Origin: Paraspadella gotoi
Lineage: Eukaryota; Animalia; Chaetognatha
Length of the DNA: 64,000 nt
Reading direction: 5' to 3'
Assembly (NCBI GenBank): GCA_051294375.1
Contig: CM119263.1
Location: forward strand, 14,680,421 to 14,744,420
Under the pieces are notes generated by a model. The model was given only the letters and a program-made list of their open reading frames with translations. It did no database searches and was not told the origin of the DNA. Shown in pieces: positions 52,872 to 64,000 of the stretch (positions are counted from its first letter, which is position 1; every line of letters begins with the position of its first letter). Both the position numbers and the translations under genes were made by a program.

Positions 52872-53204
52872 TGAAAGAAAGAATTAAAAATTAATTTTAT
52901 TAGACGGTGTCTCGACTCGTCTCGTCTCTTGGCGCCGAAAGAGACCATCGAAGCTGCAGACTTTTCATCGAGATTTTAATTCGATTTCGCGACGATTTAG
53001 TTCAACTTCATCCTCAATAGTAATTAACAGTCGTTGCAATTGCAACGTCGTTTCGATCTTCTCAGGTCACCAGCAAAAACTAAGAAACTGTGTTCAACCT
53101 CGTAAGTAAAGAGTCTGGCGCCAAAACAGCGTCACGTGATGCCAAACGGGTCACGTGGGGCGTTATAAGATTTTTTTTTCTCTTTGCCGTTGTCGCTGTC
53201 CTGG

Positions 53205-54765
53205 TTGCTTCCATCGTCTCTGTCATCGTCGCTACTATCCTCTCTGTCGTCGTCGCTACCATCGTCTCTGTCGTCGTCGCTACCATCGTCTCTGTTGTCG
53301 TCGCTTCCATCGTCTCTGTCATCATTGCTACTATCGTCTCTGTCGTCGTCGCTACCATCGTCTCTGTTTCTCGTCGCTACCATCGTCTCTGTCATCGTCG
53401 TCACTACCATCGTCTCTGTTGTCGTCGCTACCATCGTCTCTGTTTATCGTCACTACCATCGTCTCTGTCGTCGTCGCTACCATCGTCTCTGTCANNNNNN
53501 NNNNNNNNNNNNNNNNNNNAAGAGCAGAGGATCTACCATCGGTCTCTGTTTATCGTCACTACCATCGACTCTGTCATCGTGCCGTCGACGTACCATCAGT
53601 CGTCTGTTGTGCGTCGGCTACATCGGTCTGCTGTTTATATCGTCACTATACATCGTCTCTGTCATCGTCGTACAGACCTGACCGAATCGTCTCTAGTATG
53701 TCGTGCGGCTTACACATCGTGTCTCTGTTTATCGTGCAGCTCACCCATCGTCTCTGTCGTCGTCGCTACACAAGAATCGTCCTTCTGTCGTGTTGCTACC
53801 ATCGTCTCTGTCGTCAGTTGCTCACATATAGTGCTTCTGTCATCGTCGCTACCATCATCTCTGTCGTTGTTGCTACCGATCGTAACTGTCGTCGTCCGCT
53901 AACCCATCGGGCTCTAATCGTCTCGTCTACCATCGTCTTGTCATCGTCGCTACCTATCATTCTGTCGTTGTCGCTACGATTGTAACTGTGCGTGCGTCGA
54001 CCATGGTCTCTATCGTCGTCACTACCATCATCTCTGTTGTTCGTCGCTACCATCGTCTCTGTTTATTGTCACTACCATCGTCTCTGTCATCGTCGCTACC
54101 CAATCGTCTCTGTCGTGGTTGCTACCATCGTCTCTGTGTCGGTCGCTACCATCGTCTTGTTGTCGTCGCTACCATCTGTCTCTGTTTATCGTCACTACAT
54201 CGTCTCTGTCGTCGTCGCTACATCGTCTCTTATCGTCGTCACTACCATCGTCTCTGTTGTCGTCGCTACATCGTCTCTGTTTATCGTCACTAACCATCGT
54301 CTCTATCGTCGTCACTACCTCGTCTCTGTTGTCTGTCGCTACATCGTGTTTCGTTAAGCGTGCACTGACATCGTCTCTTGTCGTCCTACCATCGTCTCGT
54401 GATCGTCGTGCACTACCATCGTCCTCTGTTTTCGTTCCGCTACCATCGTCTCTGTTTATCGTCACTACATGTCTCCGTCGTCACTACCATCGTTCTGTTG
54501 TCGTCGCTAACCATTCGTCTCTGTTTATCGTCACTACATCGTCTCTGTCGTCGTCGCTACAATCGTCTCTGTCATCGTCGCTACCATCATCTCTATCGTC
54601 CGTCGCTACCATCGTCTCTGTCATCGTCGCTACCATCGTCTCTGTCGTCGTCGCTACCATCGTTCTCTGTCATCGTCGCTACCATCATCTCTATCGTCGT
54701 CGCTACCATCGTCTCTGTCATCGTCGCTACCATCAATCTCTATCGTCGTCGCTACCATCGTCGCT
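53205..54765. repeat. 24-bp minisatellite (CTACCATCGTCTCTGTCGTCGTCG)n, possibly coding
   Basis: Clean units at 53205-53494, a 25-N gap, then indel-rich units. Minus-strand translations are RDDGSDDD or TTETMVAT. Confidence 0.9.
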
Positions 54766-56237
54766 ACGCATCTGTCTTCTGTCGTCGGTCTGCTCTCGCT
54801 CGTTGTCGACGATCGTCGCTCTATTGGTCGTCGTCGTTACTCACGATTTACGTGATTGTAACGTCAATTGCCTTCATTAGGCGTCTCTTTAGGAGCGACG
54901 CCTAGGAGAAGGTCGTTGCAGGGTCGCCTTGGCAGGTGGCGGTGAGGTAGTCGGATAAGGGATATTGGGGTGGGAGCTCGCCTTATCCATTAAAAGGGGA
55001 CACCTTCATGAATGAGCATTTTAAATAATTTAATAAATTTGTTTTCTTTTTTTCTCATACATTGATTAATCATGTTCTTAATCATGTATTAATCATGTAT
55101 GCCGTTAGGTTAAAATATTTAACATTAGAGGACATTGAAAAGATGATATTAAATAGTTACATTTAACCGTGACGACGCTATCCCCAATCCGTCGTGGAAT
55201 CCGTCTCTCTCTCTCTCTTTCTCTCTCTCTCCCCCTCCCTCCCGAGCGCCGAGCAATCTCCCGTTGCCCGGCCGCCGACCGCTCGCCCCTAAGCGGCGCC
55301 CGCCCCCTTGAGCCCCGCCTAAATCTTCGGGCGAAAACTCGTGTTTGTGACAGGAACTCGATTCGGAGTCGATTACGAAAACAACAACTTGACGAGATTG
55401 AAACAGATTTACAAGACGCGCGCGTTGCTAAGCGACGAAGACGCCGACAACTTCGGCGACAGAGGGGGGGAGAGGCGAAAAAAAAAGCACAGTCTCCTTC
55501 TCCCTCGACAAAATTCTATCAACAAGCGCAACGATTTCATTTCGAAAACAACAACAGCAACTAGAACATAAAAACCGAGGACGGAAAAGAACCAAAACAA
55601 AAGACGGCCTTTTGACTGCAGTTGCCGATCCGAAACGAAATTACAGACGAGATCGGCCAACACAGGTTCAATGTTGCAACGACAGCGACGACGACGACGA
55701 CGACGATAACGATGACGGCGACGACGATGATTATGATAACGACGACATGACTCTGCCAAGAGAGTGAAAGGAAAAGCGGAAAGCGTGATGAAAAGCCTTT
55801 CAAGATCTCACGAGATCGCGGAAGAAGGGGGAGGAGGAGGTAGGAGGGGCGACAGAGAGGAGGTTCGACGTCGGGTTTTAAAACTCGAAGGTCGAAAAGA
55901 AATCGTCGGTTGTCACCCGCACGGAAGCCGTGAATGCGTGAAGCCGGATTTTGAATCTTGTTCATCGCTTCGCTGGATCGACCAGTGAATGTAGTAGAGG
56001 CGTAAGGTTGACAAGGCGGATTATGGAACGGGCGGTACCGAGCTATGTCAACCTCGCTGCTTGTGAAATAGGTTCGCGCTGTATTCACTTCTTTATCCCC
56101 CAACGAGAGAACCGACAAAGCCGACAGATCGAAAGGTTGGACAAGGAGCCGACTCGTATGGCATTGACGTTTCGCGATTAGCTCCCGATCAAAACCGGAG
56201 AAGTTGGGGAGAGGATGGTGCTGAGATCTCTCTCTCT

Positions 56238-56305
<68 letters not shown>

Positions 56306-58173
56306 AGAGGGAGAATAGAAGGACCCGAAAGACAGACAAAGAAAAAGGGAGGGAGAAAGAGACCGAAGTGTAAAAGAAATCGGGAAAATTGAAAATTTGT
56401 TGGGAAAAAGACTACGGAATTGGAAAACGTATAAAAACTCGTTGCTTTGAATTATGGAACAATTTTTTTTTATTTTGCGGGTCCTCTTTCTTCCGCCGCC
56501 GCCGCCGCCGCCGCCGTCGTCGTCGTCGTCGTTTTTAAACTCAATCGGAGAGATTAAATTCGAAACTTCGACTTCATCGTTTTGTGAAAATAAAAAAAAA
56601 GGAGAGACGCCCTTCGCCTTCACGCACGACTTCCTTCTCCTGAGCCCGTGTACTTTCAGTTAGTTTTTCTGCACCCATAACTTAACTTGGGATTTGCCAA
56701 CGCCCTTACCACACGCACAGCTTTTAAGTTCACTTTAATGACTTTTTGATTAAAGCCTTGGGCTTGGGTTTTATATTTCCTAAACAAATGACTTAACGTT
56801 CACTTTTTCTATTAGTTTCTCTTCAATGAAAAAAACTTTTTATATTTTTATTCTTGACTTCACAATTTTAAAACAATTGAATTTTTTCTTTTATCGACAA
56901 AAAGTCATGACAGTCTTGGCATAATTTTCTCACAAGTTCACCCACGAGTTCACAACGAGTTCTCGCACGACTCATACTTTACACAACTACGCGCGCACTT
57001 TGCGCTCTCTTTCCTCAACCCCCCCATCCCTCCGCCGAGGACAACGCCATCTTCCTTATCTCTCAAGGGAATTCCTTCGTCATCGTCGCCTGATCGTTTC
57101 ACCGAATTCTCTCTACGCCGTCACGTGATCGAAGAAATACGGAATTCACGTGACGACCGCGTGATCGGAGTCTAACGACGTTCTCGGATTTTTTTTTGGG
57201 ACGCGAAACGAAGTGGGATTCTTCGAAAATGTCGGTCAAAATTGTCTCCTCGACCGACGACGATCACGTGACCCAGTTTTCTCGATCGGAAATGGACGGC
57301 GCGAAGATCGTTTGATCGATCCAATCCCCGTTCGTCCCATCTCTATAGAAAATTAAAACTAATGATGATTTGAAGTGAGATTTAAAGCAGAAAGAATAAG
57401 GTGNNNNNNNNNNTCTATAGAAAATTAAAACTAATGATGATTTGAAGCGAGATTTAAAGCAGAAAGAATAAGGTGACTTTTATACGAAGGACAATCGTCG
57501 AGTTGTCTAGCCATAGATGGAAGAGAGAAAAATACGCGTGCGAGGTCGTAATCTTATCGAACGTCATAATTTTTTCAAGCGTCGATGTTGTAAAGTTCAC
57601 CTATGGTTGCGATGAGACGGTCTCATCGTCGTAAAATGGATGAGTCAGTGAGTTGAGTAATGAGTATGGAATTACTGAGGGATAAACATTGGCGAGTTAA
57701 GTTTTGAATCATGAGCGTTACAAATAACCACCACTAGCTAGTAACTAAGCAATTCGCAATTACGCCTGGATTATTTAAGTTCTTAAAGTTACTAATAAAG
57801 TTAGTAAAGTTGCTGTTCTGTTACGGGAAGAAACCCGAGTGAGGAGTGGCTCAGCTCGCACGCGCGTGGCACGTGACGAGGAGACTCGACGCGGCGAGAT
57901 TGCGTGACAGGTGAGGGGAAATGGAAGAAGGAAGGGATTTTCCTGGATTTAGTCGGATCATTCGCGGTTATAAATGACTGTCAAAATGAGTTTCGTGACG
58001 CACGCCGTGGAAAAAAAAAAGGGGCGGAAATGGCGCGCGAGGGGCGAAAGAACAAAGACGGCGAAAGGGATTAAATGAGCTAGGAAAAATAAGACGAGAT
58101 TGGCGCCAAATAATAATTTAAAACGAGAAAGGGAAATGGCGTAGAGGATTGGATTGGCGCAAAAGAATACTGC

Positions 58174-58367
58174 TATGGTGGACTAAAATCTACCAACCGT
58201 TCATCACCAAAGGTCCGGGGTTCTAGCCCGGTGGCCGCCTAGCAGTTAAGAGGGACGGGGCGCTTAACCCGCCTGTAACATGGTGTTACAGCCTGATCCG
58301 AAGCTCAGGGACTGCTTATATTGAACGGTTCTGTCATTAACACCTAACAATTATCACTGTCTCCTCA
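58174..58367 (+). mobile_element. SINE-like element, family A, with a deletion of about 40 bp removing the A box
   Basis: Aligns with 25811-26044 from TATGGTGGACTAAAATC to ACTGTCTC; keeps B-box-like GGTTCTAGCCC. Confidence 0.8.
58241..58316 (+). ncRNA. Twister ribozyme type P5, family A, best copy
   Basis: AGCAGUU aa GAGG GA CGG ggcgcu UAA CCC GC CUGUAACA ugg UGUUACAG CCUGA UCCGAAGC UCAGG GACUGCU. T1 CCG/CGG, T2 GC/GC, P3, P4 and P5 are intact; P2 is short (2-3 bp) and P1 is minimal. Confidence 0.7.
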
Positions 58368-59168
58368 CTGCAATGATAGTGATACTGATAGTCAAATACT
58401 AGGAAATTATTTATATCTAGTTTTATTGCTTACGTAAAAAAAAAAGTTTTTTAAAAAGTTGCGAAAGGCAAGAATAATAGTGCAGCTATTTAAAAATATA
58501 TATATTTTTAAATGTTTTTTATCTTGGCTTATTGCGGGGTTGTCTTTCTTATTTTTGATAGCTGGTTTCCTTATCTCGTGCTATCATAACGGTACTTAAA
58601 CCATTAAAAATTTAAACACCACATCACGCTATCAAATAACACATAACAGAATACATACATATTATTTACATAATAAAATCTTTTGTTTTCAAGTTCCAAA
58701 GTAAGTTTACCTCATCGACCACCTTTCATTGCGTACGTATCGTTGTAGCGACGATGAATCGGTCGATGTCGATGCAACCAACAGGTAAGTTGCTCCAGCT
58801 CCTCGGGTGAGAAATAAATGCCATTTATTTCTACGAGACAAGGAAGAGTGTCGAAAGGAAGAGGAAAAGCAGCGGCGGCCTTTTAAAAATTACCGACGAA
58901 CGACGACTCCGAGGACGACGATAATGTCGTCGTTCCAGCGTTCGGACGAGGCAACTGCTGCGTAACTTACCTGTCCAGCTTTTTAGCCGCCTCGCGGAGA
59001 AGGCAGAAGGTAAGGAAAAAAACCTGTTTTGAAAATCCAAACCCACTGCGACAGCGCGGTTTAATAACATGGCGGATCTGAATTCCACTGGAAATAAACC
59101 TAAATATTGAATTAACTTTTTTGATTAAATAAAATAATTCGTTTCGCTGAGAGGGAATATCGATAAAA

Positions 59169-59223
59169 ATGGCGAAGCTTTGCCGATTGTCGATAATGTT
59201 GCTGGGATCCCTCATTTTTACGG
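59169..59223 (+). CDS. Claudin 2, coding exon 1
   Basis: AAAATGG start context, MAKLCRLSIMLLGSLIFT, phase-1 donor G|GTAAGT. Joins in frame to 60337 to complete TM1. Confidence 0.75.
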
Positions 59224-59941
59224 GTAAGTTAAAAGTCGGATAAAAGAAGAGAAATAAAACACACAAACCAAGAAAAAACAAATTCAATTAATTTTTATAA
59301 TTAGCCTAAGTGTTTATTTCAAAAAAGAAATTTAAAATGAAGGCACTTTTATACGCGTTCGTTTTTTAAACCAGCTTTGTCACTAATTTGTTATTTAAAC
59401 TTCAAACGAATCTGATAAATTAATCTTTGTCACTCGCTTATTATCGCGTAACGTGATCATGACGCGACGAGCTTCGGTTAATGAATTTAATAATTCACTT
59501 TCGTTCACGTGAAGTCGCAGCTTTTTGTAACTAGTAAAAAATGGAAAAAATTTAAACGCATTAAATATCAAATTAGGATTTCACTCGCAGCAATAATTGA
59601 CTTAATCCCTGAAAAACCCTAATTAAATAAATCCGTGAATCTAAATCTAGTAATTTTGCAAGTTTCATGAATCTGTATGAGTGATAGGATTGAGAAAGAA
59701 TGTGCTTGCTAAAATAACGATCGTTGAAAAAAGTATGCGCGGGGAAATTCCTTCTTTCAAGTTTCAAATTACGACGCTTGTGATTAAATTTCACGACGCA
59801 GTCGCCTAATGAGAGATCTGTTCATAAGCAGATTATGTTCATAAGTTATGAATAGAAAATATTTACGAGAGAGGGAGAGAGGTGAGGCAGAGAAAAAGAG
59901 AGTGAGAGAGAGAGAGAGTGTTAGAGAAAGAGAGAGAGTGT

Positions 59942-59973
<32 letters not shown>

Positions 59974-59974
59974 A

Positions 59975-60023
<49 letters not shown>

Positions 60024-60336
60024 TAGAGAGAGAGAGAGTGTGTGAGAGAGAGTGAGAGAGAAAGAGCGAGATAGAGAAAGAAACACAGGGAGAGAAGCAC
60101 AATATTTGTTCGTTTTAAATAAATTATACAAGTCTTTCGGCGATGGAAATCTGGTTAGGTTTCCGCCCTTTTTTCCGATGTCGATGCCGAAGCCGAGATC
60201 GAATTTCGTTATTCCGAATTTCGTTAAGGCCCCCCCCCCTTCGCCCCTCTCTAAAAAAAACGTTTCCTTCGACTAAACTTTCCCCCCTTTCTCCGATTCA
60301 CCCTTCACCCCTCCACCCGACTCCCTTCCGCCACAG

Positions 60337-60560
60337 TCCTCTCCACCTTCTTCTTCCTCCTCTCCTTCTCCACGAGCTCCTGGATCGAGGTGGACGACGA
60401 CTTCCGCGACAACCCCCTCTGCCAGCTCCTCAACATGGGCCTCTGGAGCTTCTGCTTCAAGAACTTCCGCTACCCCAACGCCTACTACGATCGGGTCTAC
60501 AACAAGTGCTACTGGATCTTCAGCCCGGAACTATGGGACCTTCAGGATTATTTATTGCCA

Positions 60561-60561
<1 letters not shown>
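60337..60561 (+). CDS. Claudin 2 (Megatrachea/Pickel- or Kune-like), exon 2: TM1 and ECL1
   Basis: CCACAG acceptor: (V)LSTFFFLLSFSTSSWIEVDDDFRDNPLCQLLNMGLWSFCFKNFRYPNAYYDRVYNKCYWIFSPELWDLQDYLLP. Has W-GLW-C-C and the YLLP motif of arthropod septate-junction claudins. Donor GTGAGA, phase 1. I found no later exons in the window. Confidence 0.9.
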
Positions 60562-60647
<86 letters not shown>

Positions 60648-62577
60648 CGTAAGGCTGCCAATAAAACTGGGGAAAAGCGCCGGCCGGTGAGGACGGCAGC
60701 GGCTGGGTGGGAGATGGTGTTGTGTCCCATTTTCATATGCGCTGTGAGATAGAGAGGCAGTGATAGATAGAGAGCGTGAGAGAGTGGGAGAGAGAGAGAG
60801 ATAAAGAAAGAGAGAGAGAGAGAGATAGAGAGGGAGTTGTACTGGTACATCCACTTTCTGGTCGGACTGAAAAGAAACCGAAAAAAATTGATAAAAAATA
60901 AATTCCATTTACGAAAGCAAGAAGAGAGAATGATAGAAAGAACAGGGAAAGAAAGAAAGAAAAAGAAAGAAAGAAAGAGACAAAAATAATAAAAGAAAGA
61001 AAAGATCTGCAGAAGTGTCCTGTCGAGGTGCGGGGACTCCTGGGAGGTAATTAACTGGTGACAACGTTGGTAATGTGTTGTTATTTTAATTGTCTTTTTA
61101 TTCCGTTTTGAAAAGCGCAGGTACTTCTGCGCCGAGTAAACAAAGAAACGATTTGATTTTACGTTCTAAACGTGAAGTTAAAAAAATCATGTCATATTAA
61201 ACAAGGAAGTGGCTTAAAATGGCGCGACGTTGAGATCTCACGATCGAGTGGTGAGAGAAGGGTGAAGAGTGGGTGAGTAATTGGTGAGGAAAGAGACGAG
61301 ATTCTCCTTTTTGAAGCAGAAGACAATATTGACACGAGGAGGAAGAAGATGAGGAGGAGGAGGCAAGAGAGGAGCTCGAACCATGGGCGTTATACAATCC
61401 CCCTGAAATCCTCAAAAAAGAAATAAAGGCGAATATCTTGTTGAAGATAAGAGAAATTGTAAAAAGACGAAGCTAATTTCAAACAAACAAAAAAGATATT
61501 AAAATTACCTACAGGTGAGGCGTTTTCAGATGGTATCTACATCGGTGATATAATTTTTTTTTCTCCAGAATTTCATAAATAAATTTATAAAAGGTTTCGA
61601 ATGAAAGGGAGAAAAAAATTGAAAGAAACTCACTTACTAAGCGCTCAGAAGAAAAAGTAAAAAAAAAGTGAAATGAAAGGACGGAGAGAGAGAGAGATAG
61701 GGAGAGAGAGACAGAAAGATAAGAGTCGGAGCATTGAATGAAATCCCGGGGAAAATATTTAAGTCAGCGCGGGAAATTATTTTTGCATTAGCGTCTCGTT
61801 GAGGTTTCATGCAGTGGCGCTACATTATCTTCTGCGCCATTTGCAAAAAAAGAAAAAAAAAAGAAGATAACCGCGAGAGGAAGAGAGGGAGAAGAGAGTC
61901 TCGCTGTGGGAGGAGAGATGAGGAGACGTGAAGCCCCGGGTGGGATCGAGGCGAGTGGGTTTAGGGACCTGGGGGGTGAGGGATGGGTTCGAAGGTCCTC
62001 GGCGGGGTGGGTAACTTTTGCTCGGTCGCATAAAAAAGACGGGGAGGATATGAAAGTCGCGCCTCATGAAAATCTATGAATCGCGAAGAAATATGAGGGA
62101 ATTAATAGTTTGGGCGATTTTTCACGGGGAACGTGAAAAAGGGGGAAAGAAAATTCATCCTAAAATCATATGATGTAAATTTATTAATTTAATTTATTAA
62201 TTTAATTTATGTAAAAAGATAGTGGTTTATAAACTTCAAATTACATTAGTACTGAAATCGTACAAGAAATCTTTGAAATTTTTGTTGTTTTATTGTTTTT
62301 TTTATTCAATGTTAGGAAAACTGATTAACAAATGTATCAACTTTATTTTCTTCACATGTATTAAAGAAAAAAATTCCGAGCAGAAAATGATAGTTACACT
62401 TATAACTGCAATGGAGATGCCGGCGGTAATAACGATGTTAAAACTAATCCTGAGCCCTTACCCACTTACCCATTGCCCAGTCAGTCCGCGACGACCTCGA
62501 AACTTACCCGCAATTATATTTTCAAAGAGTCGCAAATGCTCTTTCACGTTCCTGAATTCTCAGGTTTCACGTATCAG

Positions 62578-62875
62578 TTAAACGGCGAAACCTTGAGAAG
62601 TACAAAGCCCAAGGGCAGAGCCAATGCCGCCGATCAGCCAACCAGAGCCAGACGCTTCGAGTTGCGAACTACCGTTGTGTCTCGCGCCGAGAAGACAGGC
62701 CACGCCCATGACGTCGCGCGTGTCGCCCATGAGTATCGAATTGTAAAGTGAAGATTCCATTCCGTTCACGGCGTCGGTCGTGAAGTGAAACCCCGGTTCT
62801 CTGGTCTCTCTTGTGAGATAACTTGAGCCAGGTGTGAGAGAGAAGATGGAGTCGAAGGAAAAGTCTTTTTCGAAT
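62578..62875 (-). CDS. Candidate terminal exon of an antisense gene, with a hydrophobic (GPI-signal-like) C-terminus
   Basis: Minus-strand acceptor ATTTCATTTTTCCAG and an open frame FEKDFSFDSIFSLTPGSSYLTRETREPGFHFTTDAVNGMESSLYNSILMGDTRDVMGVACLLGARHNGSSQLEASGSGWLIGGIGSALGLCTSQGFAV*. AATAAA downstream on the minus strand at about 62300-62347. Confidence 0.4.
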
Positions 62876-63251
62876 CTGGAAAAATGAAATTCTTTCCATT
62901 TCTTGTGATAAAGTTGGAGAATAAATTTTATTTTTTTATAGAATTACTTTTTAGTTTGTTTTTTTTTCTAAAGTAAATTTTGAAAATTATCGAACGATGG
63001 TCAAAGTTTGAAATTAAAAATCGTTTTTATGCTTTTCCTCCTTTATCGTTTTAGTAATACATGAAGAAATGTTTTACGTTCGTTTTTGCCTCATGCATAT
63101 TTATAATTCTGTTTTTCGCTCCCAACTTTTCTTCTCACCACCATCAAAAAATTATCGCTCTAACGTTTTAAGAATCAAATTAGAAAGGAGAGGCAGATAG
63201 GGAGAGAGGGGGAGATAAAGAATGAGAGAGAAATTGTACGACGATCGAGAA

Positions 63252-63296
<45 letters not shown>

Positions 63297-64000
63297 AGAA
63301 CGTGAGATCGCGATATCTCGAGATAAAAAGGTGAGATAATAAAAGATGAAATAATAAAAATGAGTCTGTAGAAGGAGTAAGGAACGGCAGCTGAAAGATT
63401 GACTGAGAAAGAAGAGGCGCGAAAAAAAGGAGGAGGAAAATCTCCCTCCTTTCCCCCCTTCAATCCCCTCTTACCTCTTACCCCCCCTTAACTCGCCCCC
63501 TCCCTCAATCCTTCCCCATCTTCGCAAAGTAAGGAACACGCCGTGGCGAAGAAAATATTTGACAAGTGCAAAAAAAGAAAAGAGCAACTGAGCGAGATTT
63601 GACGAGAGGAAATTCATGAAAAATGGAATAAAGAAAAAAACAGGAGATTTTAAGAGAGAAAAAAAAGGGAGGAAAAAAAAATCATCGCTTCAGAATTCGA
63701 GGGAAAAATAAACGAAACCGAAAAAGGCAAATGGAAATGAAAAGACAGAGGGCGTGGGGTAGAGGGTGCAGGGGGGAGGAAAAAGGAGGAGAGAAAGTCA
63801 GGGTTGACAAAGAGCGAGATAGAGAGAGAGAGAGTTTTTTAGTTCCGTTAAATTCGAAAGGGGAGAAAGGGAAGGGGATAATGTGGAAATGATTGTTGAG
63901 GGACTCAGCCCATAATTAATAATTCAGCGACTCTTGGGTAAACATTCGAGAAGAGAGCGGCCCGATTCCTGAATTTTTTTTTTTCTCTTCTCTCTCTCTC

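Noticed and set aside
53090-53494. Plus-strand VVATIVSV repeat as a multi-pass membrane protein
   Set aside because: It is the antisense reading of the GAC-rich repeat. A GTAAGT donor at 53102 suggests at most a small upstream exon.
57351-57474. About 60-bp direct repeat across a 10-N gap
   Set aside because: Overlapping contig ends, so an assembly artefact.
58754-58784. MNRSMSMQPT mini-exon with GTAAGT donor as the claudin-2 start
   Set aside because: 59169-59223 gives a better start context and a complete TM1. This segment may be a UTR exon or alternative exon but cannot be supported.

Overview
Eukaryotic (invertebrate animal) draft-genome DNA. It has spliced genes, many (GA)n tracts, many N gaps and several noisy duplications that look like long-read gap-filling artefacts. 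On the + strand I can reconstruct: (1) a terminal coding exon resembling CCDC63/ODAD1 (23984-24179); (2) a five-exon invertebrate claudin (PMP22/claudin family, Megatrachea/Kune/Sinuous type; 25184-41512, about 305 aa) with a long Ser/Pro/Ala tail carrying a PPxY motif; (3) the first two coding exons of a second, Megatrachea/Pickel-like claudin (59169-60561). A candidate antisense terminal exon lies at 62578-62875. There is also a 71-bp and a 24-bp minisatellite. The most striking signal is two dissimilar tRNA-headed SINE-like families that both carry a circularly permuted (type P5) twister self-cleaving ribozyme directly behind the Pol III B box. One near-canonical copy is at 40852-40933 (-). 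A second family is at 58241-58316 (+), 25918-25993 (+) and about 16.2 kb (-, deleted). The two families show compensatory changes in the pseudoknot and stems. All family assignments come from manual motif reading; no search was run.
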